Below are positions 1 to 8,058 of a stretch of DNA of 64,000 nt, piece after piece. Where the stretch lies: positions 7,182-71,181 of the forward strand of contig PWJQ01000035.1 in NCBI GenBank assembly GCA_003560875.1, given 5' to 3'. The notes beneath the pieces are model-generated. The model worked only from the letters and a program-made list of their open reading frames with translations. It did not search any database and was not told the origin of the DNA. Position numbers and translations under genes: made by a program. Each line of letters begins with the position of its first letter. Positions within the stretch are counted from its first letter, which is position 1. This DNA is from Methanomassiliicoccaceae archaeon (GTDB lineage: Archaea > Thermoplasmatota > Thermoplasmata > Methanomassiliicoccales > Methanomethylophilaceae).

Positions 1-1007
1 GGGACGAGACCAAGGCTTTGGCCAAGAAGGCGTCCACAGAGGACGAGAGACGCTACTATGGAGGTCTGCAGGAGGCGGTCAAGGTGCTCATGAACTCCGT
101 CTACGGGGTCTTCGCCTCATCGTTCTACCGCTTCACCGACAAGAGCATCGGCAGCAGCATCACCGCCTTCGCCCGTGAGACGGTCAAGAACATAATCACC
201 GAATTGGACAAGGAGGACGTCACGGTGATCTACTCCGACACTGACTCGGTGTTCATCCAATCCCCACACTCCGACCTCGAAGGGAGCAAGGAGTTCGGGG
301 AGTCCGTCGCCAAACGCTACACCCGGGCCGGGGGGCAGTTGGAGTTCGAGAAGATCATGGAGCCCCTCTTCTCCCACGGCAAGAAGAAGAGGTACGTCGG
401 CCGCGTGGTGTGGCCGGAGAGGGAGGAGATGCTGGTACGCGGTTACGAGATACGGCGCACTGACACCTTCGACCTTCTCAGTGAGCTGCTCACCGGCGTC
501 TTCGAGAAGATACTGAACGAGGACCAGGACGGCGCCGTGGCCTTGGCCCGGAAGATGGTGCAGGAGACGTTGGAGGGCAAGGTGCCCTATCAGAAACTGG
601 TCATATCCCGGACCTGTCAGGCCTTCCACACCTACAAGGGCCCCGACCGCATGGCCAACGTCCAGGCGGCGAGGAAGATGATCGACCTCGGTTATGAGTT
701 CATCCCGGGAATGAAGGTCTCCTGGATCGTCACCAACGCCAACAAGGTCCCTCAAGAGGTGGAGCCGTTCATACCCGGCCGTGAGGCGGAGATAATACCC
801 GACCTGCGCTATTACGCCGAGAGGCTCGCCCATGCCACCGCCCGTGTCACCGAGGTGTTCGGATGGAAGGAGGACGACCTCATGCTGGGAAGCCAGCAGT
901 CCACCCTCTTCGATTCTTCCTTCGGCGGCGGTACGCAGAGGACCGCACCGGCGATGAAGGAATCCCCGAAGCCCAAGGATAAGGGTCCGTCACTGTTCGA
1001 TTTCTGA
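1..1007 (+). CDS. polB: Family-B DNA polymerase, C-terminal portion (5' end outside the window)
   Basis: The frame is open from the window edge; track ORF 18..1007 begins at an internal TTG. Contains KVLMNSVYG (K-x3-NSxYG motif) and VIYSDTDSVF (YxDTDS metal-binding motif) of the PolB palm domain. Confidence 0.9.
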   Translation, partial: DETKALAKKASTEDERRYYGGLQEAVKVLMNSVYGVFASSFYRFTDKSIGSSITAFARETVKNIITELDKEDVTVIYSDTDSVFIQSPHSDLEGSKEFGESVAKRYTRAGGQLEFEKIMEPLFSHGKKKRYVGRVVWPEREEMLVRGYEIRRTDTFDLLSELLTGVFEKILNEDQDGAVALARKMVQETLEGKVPYQKLVISRTCQAFHTYKGPDRMANVQAARKMIDLGYEFIPGMKVSWIVTNANKVPQEVEPFIPGREAEIIPDLRYYAERLAHATARVTEVFGWKEDDLMLGSQQSTLFDSSFGGGTQRTAPAMKESPKPKDKGPSLFDF

Positions 1008-1031
1008 GGCCGGGGGGAAACACTTATTCTC

Positions 1032-1823
1032 ATGCACAGGGTTGTTGACCGCATGGCGGAGCGTCAAGATTGGCCTGAGGTGCCGGGCGAATACCGGACC
1101 GGCACTGAGGACTCCCCCGTTGCCATAGCGGTCATCGGGAAGGCGTCAGCGGATGTGCCTTCCGATTGCTATCGGATCATGGGCACCCTGCGTTCCGCCA
1201 ATATCGGAGTGGAGAAGGTCGTCGTCAATATGCTCGCCAATCCTCGCCTCAGGTTCCTGTTGGTTTGCGGCCGGGAGGATGGGCACTACCCCGGCGATGC
1301 GTTGGTTAAGCTGGCGGAGAACGGCATTGACGACCGCAACAACATTATCGGAGCCCATGCCCAGTTCCCCTGCCTCCCGGACCTCGACAGGGATTCCGTG
1401 GAGAGGTTCCGTTCCCAGGTGGAGGTCGTCGACCTCTTGCACCCCAAGGATTCCAAAGGGGATATCGATTGGGAGGATCCGTTGTATGTCTTCGATGATG
1501 AACGGAACCGTGAGTTGGAGGCCACCGCCCGTCAATGCGCCCGGCGGGACCCCGGCCCGTATCCCGGCGGGGCTTTACATATCACGATCCCGGGGATGAT
1601 GCAGGAAAGGGGCGATCTGGGGGATATGTTGAATATGGAGGTCGGCCGCATGACCGACCTGATGCTCCGTATGCCCATTGATAATCTGACGACCGACGCC
1701 CTCAACATCACCGTTTCCGAGGATTTTGCTTTGGTCATCGACCCTATCGACGGTCTGCTCCTCGAGGTTCCCACGGTCACTTTCCACAAACGTTTCAAAT
1801 CATACCTGACGGGCAACGAGTGA
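1032..1823 (+). CDS. Soluble MtrA-like corrinoid protein (homologue of tetrahydromethanopterin S-methyltransferase subunit A) with a unique ~100-aa C-terminal extension
   Basis: The first ~150 aa align by eye with MtrA: WPEVPGEY, IGVEKVVVNMLANPRLRFLLVCG, GHYPGDAL, RFRSQVEVVDLL. There is no C-terminal TM anchor and no other mtr genes nearby. A GGGGGAA SD-like element lies ~12 nt upstream. Confidence 0.72.
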   Translation: MHRVVDRMAERQDWPEVPGEYRTGTEDSPVAIAVIGKASADVPSDCYRIMGTLRSANIGVEKVVVNMLANPRLRFLLVCGREDGHYPGDALVKLAENGIDDRNNIIGAHAQFPCLPDLDRDSVERFRSQVEVVDLLHPKDSKGDIDWEDPLYVFDDERNRELEATARQCARRDPGPYPGGALHITIPGMMQERGDLGDMLNMEVGRMTDLMLRMPIDNLTTDALNITVSEDFALVIDPIDGLLLEVPTVTFHKRFKSYLTGNE

Positions 1824-1889
1824 GACCTGTGGACCGTTCGTTATGATATACGGCGTGTATCCAGTTTCCTGTGATCTTCAAGAGTGTGT

Positions 1890-2267
1890 CTAGAATTTTT
1901 CCGGGAAGTTGAACCTCTCCACCGCTCTAGCACCGCCGACCATACCCATTATCCACACTATCGGGTACAATAAGAACCCCACCAAAAAGGCCATGGATGC
2001 CGCGGCTATTATGCCAGCCAACAGGAAAACCAGCCCCGTGGTCCATTCAGCCGCGTACATGTGACCCAAGCCCGGGACGAGGAAGGCCAGTACGACCGCT
2101 ATGGCAGGGCTTCTCTGCGGACGGGACTGCGGAGGTGCCAGGCCTTGGGATTCAGAACCGAGCTCGGGCCTCTGATGATAACCGCATCTCGGACAGTAAG
2201 TCGCCCCGATCTTCAATGATGACCCGCAGTTCACGCAGGATGATTCCAAATCACCGTTCTTCCCCAT
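1890..2267 (-). CDS. Zinc-ribbon membrane protein
   Basis: N-terminal CxxC...CxxC (CVNCGSS...CPRCGY) is followed by two hydrophobic helices carrying a P-G-L-G-H-M-Y motif. An AT-rich TATA-like element (tttaaaaaatattataa on the coding strand) lies ~25-40 nt upstream. Confidence 0.6.
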   Translation of the reverse strand: MGKNGDLESSCVNCGSSLKIGATYCPRCGYHQRPELGSESQGLAPPQSRPQRSPAIAVVLAFLVPGLGHMYAAEWTTGLVFLLAGIIAAASMAFLVGFLLYPIVWIMGMVGGARAVERFNFPEKF

Positions 2268-2481
2268 GACGTTTGAATACGTACCGTCTTCTTATAATAT
2301 TTTTTAAAGGTCACCGAACCCGACTCCTCCTCTGGAATGGTGATTGTCGGAATTTTTATGGCCTGCGCGGTCCGGAAGGCCGTGATGAAGGAGGATGTTC
2401 ATCACGTGCCCCGACTTCCCGGACATATCAGACGATGGCGATATGTGATTGTCCTGTGCCATACTCTTTCATCACCTTCGC

Positions 2482-2826
2482 CTATCGAATTCTCTTTGTG
2501 AGTAGGGCATCCAATACCGCGTATGACCATATCGTGATGTATGATAGGAATGCCACCATCGTCATGACTGCACCGTGGCCGAAGGAAGTGTGTGATGAGG
2601 AGACGCTCAGCGCACCATAGGAGAATATCGAGAACACGAACAACAGGACGGAAAGTACGACCAGGGTCATCCCTCTCCACGACTCGCCTTTCATTATCTG
2701 GCCGATGCCAGGGACCACTGCGGAGAACAATGAGGGTATGAGCCCCCTTCTCACCCGCTCCGTCAAAGAATCCTTCGATACCGTCGGTTTGAAAGTGTCG
2801 TCCCCTCCCGGCGAAGGACCTTCCAT
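2482..2826 (-). CDS. Small membrane protein, distantly paralogous to 1890..2267 (P-G-I-G-Q-I motif)
   Basis: 114-aa ORF with 3 predicted hydrophobic helices. It shares the VPG[LI]G[HQ] segment with the neighbouring gene. No family assignment is possible by eye. Confidence 0.5.
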   Translation of the reverse strand: MEGPSPGGDDTFKPTVSKDSLTERVRRGLIPSLFSAVVPGIGQIMKGESWRGMTLVVLSVLLFVFSIFSYGALSVSSSHTSFGHGAVMTMVAFLSYITIWSYAVLDALLTKRIR

Positions 2827-3003
2827 GACCTTTGGAACGGCTCACATCGATAAAACCGCTTTCATGGCCACAATGTTTTTCGGACCGGAGAAGTTTTAAA
2901 TAGTCTGCAATAATCCGTCAAAGGTAGTGACGGGACTAGTCCCGTTGGAGATGTGCCCCCTAAGGGGTGAATCCATAAACGCCGGAAACGGCAGGTGATA
3001 CAA

Positions 3004-3630
3004 ATGGCGAAGCAGTTTGATGATGATGCCGTCCCCACAGTCAAGGGGAAGAGCATGTACCAATACATGGCCGAGGCCTGGAAGAAACCAGGCGAGGGCT
3101 ACATGAAAGACCTGTCCCTGCAGAGAAGGGTCAAGTGGCGCCGTGAGGAGAACTTCTCCCGCGTCGAGAGGCCCACCCGCCTGGACCGTGCCCGCAAGCT
3201 CGGATACAAGGCCAAGCAGGGATACGTCGTCGTCCGCGGTCGCGTCCGTAAGGGTTCGATGCAGAAGAGGACCATTAAAGGAGGCCGCCGTGCCAAGCGC
3301 AAGGGAATCACCAAGATCACCGGTGCCAAGAGCCTGCAGCGCATGTGTGAGGAGAGGACGCAGAAGAGATACCCCAACCTTGAGGTCCTGAACTCCTATT
3401 GGGTAGGCCAGGACGGTCACCACGAGTGGTACGAGGTCATACTTGTCGACCCCCACCACCCCGTCATAAAGGCGGACCCCAAGATCAACTGGATCGGCGA
3501 GGGTTCCCACAAGGGCCGTGTCTACCGCGGGAAGACCTCTGCTGGAAAGCGTGGTCGCGGTCTGCACAAGAAGGGCAAGGGAGCGGAGAAGGTCCGCCCC
3601 TCCATAAGCAAGAAAGGCCTCGGAAAGTAA
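3004..3630 (+). CDS. rpl15e: 50S ribosomal protein L15e
   Basis: [12 protein letters not shown]..., [23 protein letters not shown] and the basic C-terminus are typical of eL15. I chose ATG 3004 because GGTGAT lies 4 nt upstream. The track ORF starts at GTG 2995, and ATG 3055 (MYQYM) is an alternative start. Confidence 0.9.
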   Translation: MAKQFDDDAVPTVKGKSMYQYMAEAWKKPGEGYMKDLSLQRRVKWRREENFSRVERPTRLDRARKLGYKAKQGYVVVRGRVRKGSMQKRTIKGGRRAKRKGITKITGAKSLQRMCEERTQKRYPNLEVLNSYWVGQDGHHEWYEVILVDPHHPVIKADPKINWIGEGSHKGRVYRGKTSAGKRGRGLHKKGKGAEKVRPSISKKGLGK

Positions 3631-3648
3631 GGCTTAGTCCTGACTGGA

Positions 3649-4485
3649 TCAAACCATTTCCTTCAATCTTCTTTCTATTTCCTTATCGTCCATTCCTACC
3701 AAGGGCGCATACACCGGGACCTCGAAACGCATCTCCTTGAGATCATCGAAGCCCTCCATACCCAGGCCGGTGACGACTCCCAAAATGTCATCCCCGATGA
3801 AAGGCTCCCCGTCCTCCTTGATCGTCTTGAGCTCGGGATCATAGGCCTGTAGCAGAGGGTGTGCGAGACCGGATACGAGCGCCCTGCAACCCCTCTTCAT
3901 CAATAACCAGGCGGCTAGGGCGTCACGGTCGTCCTCCACGAAAGCTATCACCTTCCCCTGAGTGCCCATGGGGAGGCCTCCGGGACCGTCCTGATAGGTA
4001 TCGAAGATGAAGGCCCTGGGACCGCGCACCTCTATGAATATCTCCACATCTGGTGAGTTGAGGTCCACTCTGACGCCGAGATGCTCGTTGGCGTGGTATA
4101 TCGCCGAGCCGGCATTACGGCCGATTTCGATCGAGGTATAGGGATGAGTGCCCTCCCTCCTCGGCCGGACCGCGAAGGACTGGCCCTCATGCAACCGTCC
4201 CTTAGAGTAGGCGGCGGCATGCTCACATATCTCATCCAGAGTACTTCCGCATGTCTCGACTACACTCACTGACGACACACCGAAGACGCGACGGAGACGG
4301 GTGACGGCTTCATCCCCATCATCGGACTCGACGTAGAAACGGCCCTCGTCGGAATGGAGCAGGGCCTCCACCCTGCCCTTGGCCAATGCCGATAGGATGT
4401 TGTCCCTCAGCAGGTTCTCGAACCGCCTGCGTACCATACGGCTCTTCAGCCCCAGCTCCGCGTAGCGTATGAGGATCGTGCTCAT
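3649..4485 (-). CDS. ThiI-like THUMP-domain protein with degenerate, truncated PP-loop domain
   Basis: The N-terminus ILIRYAELGLKS plus THUMP-like region resembles ThiI. GGLPMGTQGKVIAF and AAWLLMKRGC flank the position of the SGGxDS PP-loop, which reads VEDDRD here (3922..3939). The C-terminal PLVGMDDKEI resembles the ThiI RPLIGxDKxEI motif. Confidence 0.65.
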   Translation of the reverse strand: MSTILIRYAELGLKSRMVRRRFENLLRDNILSALAKGRVEALLHSDEGRFYVESDDGDEAVTRLRRVFGVSSVSVVETCGSTLDEICEHAAAYSKGRLHEGQSFAVRPRREGTHPYTSIEIGRNAGSAIYHANEHLGVRVDLNSPDVEIFIEVRGPRAFIFDTYQDGPGGLPMGTQGKVIAFVEDDRDALAAWLLMKRGCRALVSGLAHPLLQAYDPELKTIKEDGEPFIGDDILGVVTGLGMEGFDDLKEMRFEVPVYAPLVGMDDKEIERRLKEMV

Positions 4486-4542
4486 CGGTCTGATATTCGG
4501 GCACCACTTATAAACGGTTCCTTCTGCGAAGGTAGAAAAGGA

Positions 4543-4630
4543 TGGTGCAGGGGAAGGGATTCGAACCCTCGAACGTCTGCACGACTAGACCCTGAATCTA
4601 GCACCTTTGGCCAGGCTCGGTAACCCCTGC
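4543..4630 (-). tRNA. tRNA-Leu (anticodon CAG), long variable arm, CCA encoded
   Basis: The reverse complement folds as a cloverleaf. Acceptor is GCAGGGG/CCCCTGC. Anticodon stem CTAGA/TCTAG carries loop TTCAGGG. There is a long extra arm and T-loop GGTTCGAATCC, then discriminator A and CCA. Confidence 0.93.
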
Positions 4631-4730
4631 TTAAGGACGCTGAATCGCATCATTGTACAAAAAGCTTAGCAATAAGGAATGGGTTTGGGGGGTTGGCCCC
4701 CCTGATTATACGCTTCGTAATGGTCGGGCT

Positions 4731-4949
4731 TCAGCCCTTCATTATCTTCATCCAGCCGCCGCTCTCGAAGATTGCCAGACCCCTCTTCATAAGGGCGGAC
4801 TGGAAGTCCTCCCAGCTTATGATCTCCAGCCTGTCGTTGTTGCCCTTGGTGAACTGAACACCATCGGTTCCCTTGACGCGTCCCGGCTTGAGACCCTTGT
4901 TCTCGGCAATCTGCCTTGCCTTCACTATGTTGATTTTCTCCATAACCAT
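4731..4949 (-). CDS. Small hypothetical protein (72 aa)
   Basis: ATG is preceded by GGAGGG 7 nt upstream. The product is soluble and lysine/glycine-rich. A G6-TTGG-C6 hairpin (4687..4702) follows the stop. No family recognised. Confidence 0.55.
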   Translation of the reverse strand: MVMEKINIVKARQIAENKGLKPGRVKGTDGVQFTKGNNDRLEIISWEDFQSALMKRGLAIFESGGWMKIMKG

Positions 4950-5213
4950 TACCTATCCCTCCTGCTTAACCACGCCTATCCAGCATGGTAATTGTGCTAT
5001 TTCTTTGAGGGATATATATATCTTTGCAAAAAAAACAGCTGTCCAGATGGTTTTTGATATTTAAAAGTGACCCATGGAGGCCATTTTTAGCCAGTATTTT
5101 TCTTAGTGAGAAGTGTCGAATATTGAGCGGAAATCAGAAAGAAAGATAACTCGGATAGTCCATCTCCGAGCGATATTATGTCCCTTTTCGGTTAATCAGG
5201 CATCAGAGGAAAG

Positions 5214-6467
5214 GTGGGGGAGAGGATCACCCCCGAACTTGTACTATCGATAGGCGCAGCGGTGGGTACATGCAACGACAAGGTTATAATCGCCAAGGAC
5301 ACGCGCACCTCGGGGGACATGATGGTCAGTGCTCTCGTGGCGGGAATATGTTCCGTCGGTTCCGAGGCCCATTGTGCCGACATACTGCCCACGCCCACCC
5401 TGGCACGCGCTGCGGGGCGGTTCGATGCGGGCATTATGGTAACCGCCTCCCACAACCCGGCGGAGTACAACGGGGTTAAGCTCTGGAACCCCGACGGTTC
5501 GGCCTTCGATCCGAAGCAGACGGAGGAGATAGAGGAACTGATAATGAAAAGGGTCTTCCCGCTCAAGCGTTATGATGAATTGGGCGCCATGCATGTGCAC
5601 CACGGCGCACTGGATGCTCATCGTGAATCGATAAGGGACATTCTGCAATGCGATTGCGACATCGTGATAGACTGCGCGTCAGGACCGACCTCGTTGATCA
5701 CCCCCGGACTCCTGTCCGACATGGGTGGCAGGGTCGTCAGTCTAAACTGCCAGGTCGACGGCAGATTCCCGGGCCGGGAGCCTGAGCCCACCGAAGAGAA
5801 CCTGACCGATCTCATCAGTATGGTGAGGTCCCATGGCGGCATAGGTCTGGCCCACGACGGCGACGGGGACCGTGCGGTCGCGGTGGACGAGACCGGACGC
5901 TATCTCGGTGGTGACGTTCTGTTGTCGCTTTTCGTGGACCATATGAGGCCTTCCAAGGTGGCAGTGCCCATCGATGCGTCACTGGCCATAGACGATATGG
6001 TGAAGGACGTCGTCAGGACCAAGGTCGGCGATGTCTTCATCTCCGACGCCATGAAGAAGGAGGGCATATCATTCGGCGGTGAGCCCTCAGGCCCCTTCGT
6101 CTTCGCAGAACAGGGATACTGTCCCGACGGCGTCTACGCCGCCGCCCTTTTGGCCAGCATGGCATCTGAAAGCCGTCTCGCTGACCGGGTGGACGAACTG
6201 CCCCGTTACCCAATGTTCAAGAAAAAATACCAGTACAGCAACGCCAAGGGCGCCATACTGCAACGCATGGAGGACGAGGTCTCCGGCATAGAGTGCGAGG
6301 AGGTCGTCACCTTGGACGGTTTCCGTGTCGGCATGGGGGACGCCTGGTTCCTGATCCGCTTCTCAGGAACGGAGCCCATAATACGACTGACAGCCGAGGC
6401 CCGTGACGACGCCCGGCTGAAGGAGGTCGTGGAATCGGCGGAGGGACTGGTCGGGAGGTGCCTGTGA
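5214..6467 (+). CDS. glmM: Phosphoglucosamine/phosphohexose mutase (GlmM-type); N-terminus interrupted by an in-frame TAA
   Basis: TASHNPAEYNGVKL (phosphoserine loop), AHDGDGDRAV (Mg site), GGEPSG and RFSGTEP are present. The track ORF begins at GTG 5214. In the same frame upstream, ATG 5178 encodes MSLFG, then TAA (5193..5195), then SGIRGK, which together form the conserved family N-terminus. Confidence 0.85.
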   Translation: MGERITPELVLSIGAAVGTCNDKVIIAKDTRTSGDMMVSALVAGICSVGSEAHCADILPTPTLARAAGRFDAGIMVTASHNPAEYNGVKLWNPDGSAFDPKQTEEIEELIMKRVFPLKRYDELGAMHVHHGALDAHRESIRDILQCDCDIVIDCASGPTSLITPGLLSDMGGRVVSLNCQVDGRFPGREPEPTEENLTDLISMVRSHGGIGLAHDGDGDRAVAVDETGRYLGGDVLLSLFVDHMRPSKVAVPIDASLAIDDMVKDVVRTKVGDVFISDAMKKEGISFGGEPSGPFVFAEQGYCPDGVYAAALLASMASESRLADRVDELPRYPMFKKKYQYSNAKGAILQRMEDEVSGIECEEVVTLDGFRVGMGDAWFLIRFSGTEPIIRLTAEARDDARLKEVVESAEGLVGRCL

Positions 6468-7693
6468 TGAAAGCTTTGATACTGGCGGCGGGCGAGGGGA
6501 CCCGCCTCAAGCCTCTGACCAGCAATGTCCCCAAGCCCCTGCTCACCGTCGCCGGCAAACCCTTCATGACCCATACCATAGAGGCCTTGAAGCAGGCGGG
6601 GGTGGATGAGGTGGTCATACTCACCGGTTTCCGCGGTGACCGCATAAGATCCCATTACCGCAACGGCGAGGGCCTGGATATCAAGATCACTTACCTGGAG
6701 CAGAAGGAACGCAAGGGCACCGCCCACGCCATCGGCATGGCGAAGCGAGAAATCGACGAACCGTTCTTCTGCCTGGCAGGGGATGTCCTGGTCAACGCGG
6801 AGGATCTTAAGGCCATGAGGGCCTTGCATGAGGAGGGGGATTCCACGGTACTCGGCGCCGTGGAGGTCGAGGACCCTTCCCGTTTCGGTGTCATCGAGGT
6901 GAAGGACGGCAGGATGGTGGGGATAGAGGAGAAGCCGCAGAAACCCCGCAGCAACATGATCAACTCCTCGGTGTACCTGTTCAACCCCGACATTTTCCAG
7001 AAGATATCCCTGACCGGACTGTCGGACCGCAACGAATACGAAGTGACCGATTCCATCGCCATGCTCGCCGCGGAGGGCAAGGTCCTGGTCCATCCCATGC
7101 AAGGGGAGTGGATAGACGTCGGCCAGCCCTGGGACCTCCTCAAAGCCAATGAGAAGCTCATGGCCTCCATGAAGCGCAGCATAGAGGGCACCGTGGAGGA
7201 CGGGGCGCACATCATCGGTGATGTGGTCGTCGAGGAGGGGGCCCGGATACGCTCAGGGAGTTACATCGAGGGCCCGGTCTACATATCGGCGGGATGCGAC
7301 ATCGGACCAAACTGCCACGTCCGCGCTTACACCTGTCTCGGACCGGGTTGCCGCGTCGGCAACGCCAGCGAGGTTAAGAACAGCATCATAATGGCCAACA
7401 CCAAGGTGCCCCATCATAACTACATCGGCGACAGCATAATCGGCGAGAGATGTAACTTCGGCTCGGGTACCAAGGTCGCCAACCTTCGCTTCGACCGCCG
7501 CAACATCAAGGTCATGTGCAAGGACGGACTGGTCGACAGCGGCCGTCGTAAGATGGGCGTGGTGATGGGGGATGACGTCGAGACCGGCATCAACGCCATG
7601 ATACTCCCCGGAACGGTGATCCATGAGGAAGCGGTGATAGGCGCCGGGGCTACCGCCCACGGACTCGTAGGCAAAAAGGCGCAGATACTCTAG
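6467..7693 (+). CDS. glmU: Bifunctional sugar-1-phosphate nucleotidyltransferase / acetyltransferase (archaeal GlmU type)
   Basis: MKALILAAGEGTRLKPLT nucleotidyltransferase signature plus C-terminal left-handed beta-helix hexapeptide repeats. ATG 6467 overlaps the glmM stop by 1 nt (TGATG), with GGGAGG upstream. Confidence 0.85.
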   Translation: MKALILAAGEGTRLKPLTSNVPKPLLTVAGKPFMTHTIEALKQAGVDEVVILTGFRGDRIRSHYRNGEGLDIKITYLEQKERKGTAHAIGMAKREIDEPFFCLAGDVLVNAEDLKAMRALHEEGDSTVLGAVEVEDPSRFGVIEVKDGRMVGIEEKPQKPRSNMINSSVYLFNPDIFQKISLTGLSDRNEYEVTDSIAMLAAEGKVLVHPMQGEWIDVGQPWDLLKANEKLMASMKRSIEGTVEDGAHIIGDVVVEEGARIRSGSYIEGPVYISAGCDIGPNCHVRAYTCLGPGCRVGNASEVKNSIIMANTKVPHHNYIGDSIIGERCNFGSGTKVANLRFDRRNIKVMCKDGLVDSGRRKMGVVMGDDVETGINAMILPGTVIHEEAVIGAGATAHGLVGKKAQIL

Positions 7694-8058
7694 ACAACGT
7701 CCACGTCTATATGGTCGCCAGAACTGTTGTAGGCCTTCCAGCTCCGGGAGTTGAAAGGCTCGCAGGTGATTATGTGTATGCCGCCCATGCTGTTGAAGAA
7801 CCCCCGGTCGGCCTCCGATGGTCGGTTGCAGGTCCCGGGATGGGAGTGGGCCGAACCGACCACTCCGAAGGAGATAGGCGCCATGTTGACGTCCAGGATG
7901 CCGTGGCTCTCACCGCTTATGGTCCCGGGAAGGAGCACCAGTTCGATGATCACCCCTTTCTCCGACCGTAGAAGGCAGAGGAACTCGTTGGGAAGGCTGT
8001 AACGGGCGGACTCGTTTATGGCCTCGATGACCTCCCTCTCTATCGCCCATCGTTTCAT
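7690..8058 (-). CDS. JAB1/MPN/Mov34 (JAMM) metalloprotease
   Basis: Carries the JAMM motif GSAHSHPGTCNRPSEAD (H-x-H-x7-S-x2-D). Its start overlaps the nadK stop by 4 nt. Confidence 0.8.
   Translation of the reverse strand: MKRWAIEREVIEAINESARYSLPNEFLCLLRSEKGVIIELVLLPGTISGESHGILDVNMAPISFGVVGSAHSHPGTCNRPSEADRGFFNSMGGIHIITCEPFNSRSWKAYNSSGDHIDVDVV

Noticed and set aside
2370-2481. Two perfect GUGAUGA (C-box-like) heptamers and one CUGA on the minus strand, plus an inverted repeat of at least 8 bp (GTGATGAA-N8-TTCATCAC, about 2382..2405). These suggested a C/D box sRNA downstream of the 2482..2826 gene.
   Set aside because: The spacing does not fit the C-D'-C'-D layout: there are 37 nt between the first C box and CUGA, and no terminal D box. 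I cannot identify guide regions. It may be a terminator or 3' UTR hairpin.
4687-4702. G6-TTGG-C6 hairpin after the 72-aa ORF, as a possible terminator.
   Set aside because: No oligo-T tract follows it on the coding (minus) strand; the nearest T5 run is ~30 nt further on. It may be a terminator or RNA-stability element, but the evidence is too weak to list as a feature.
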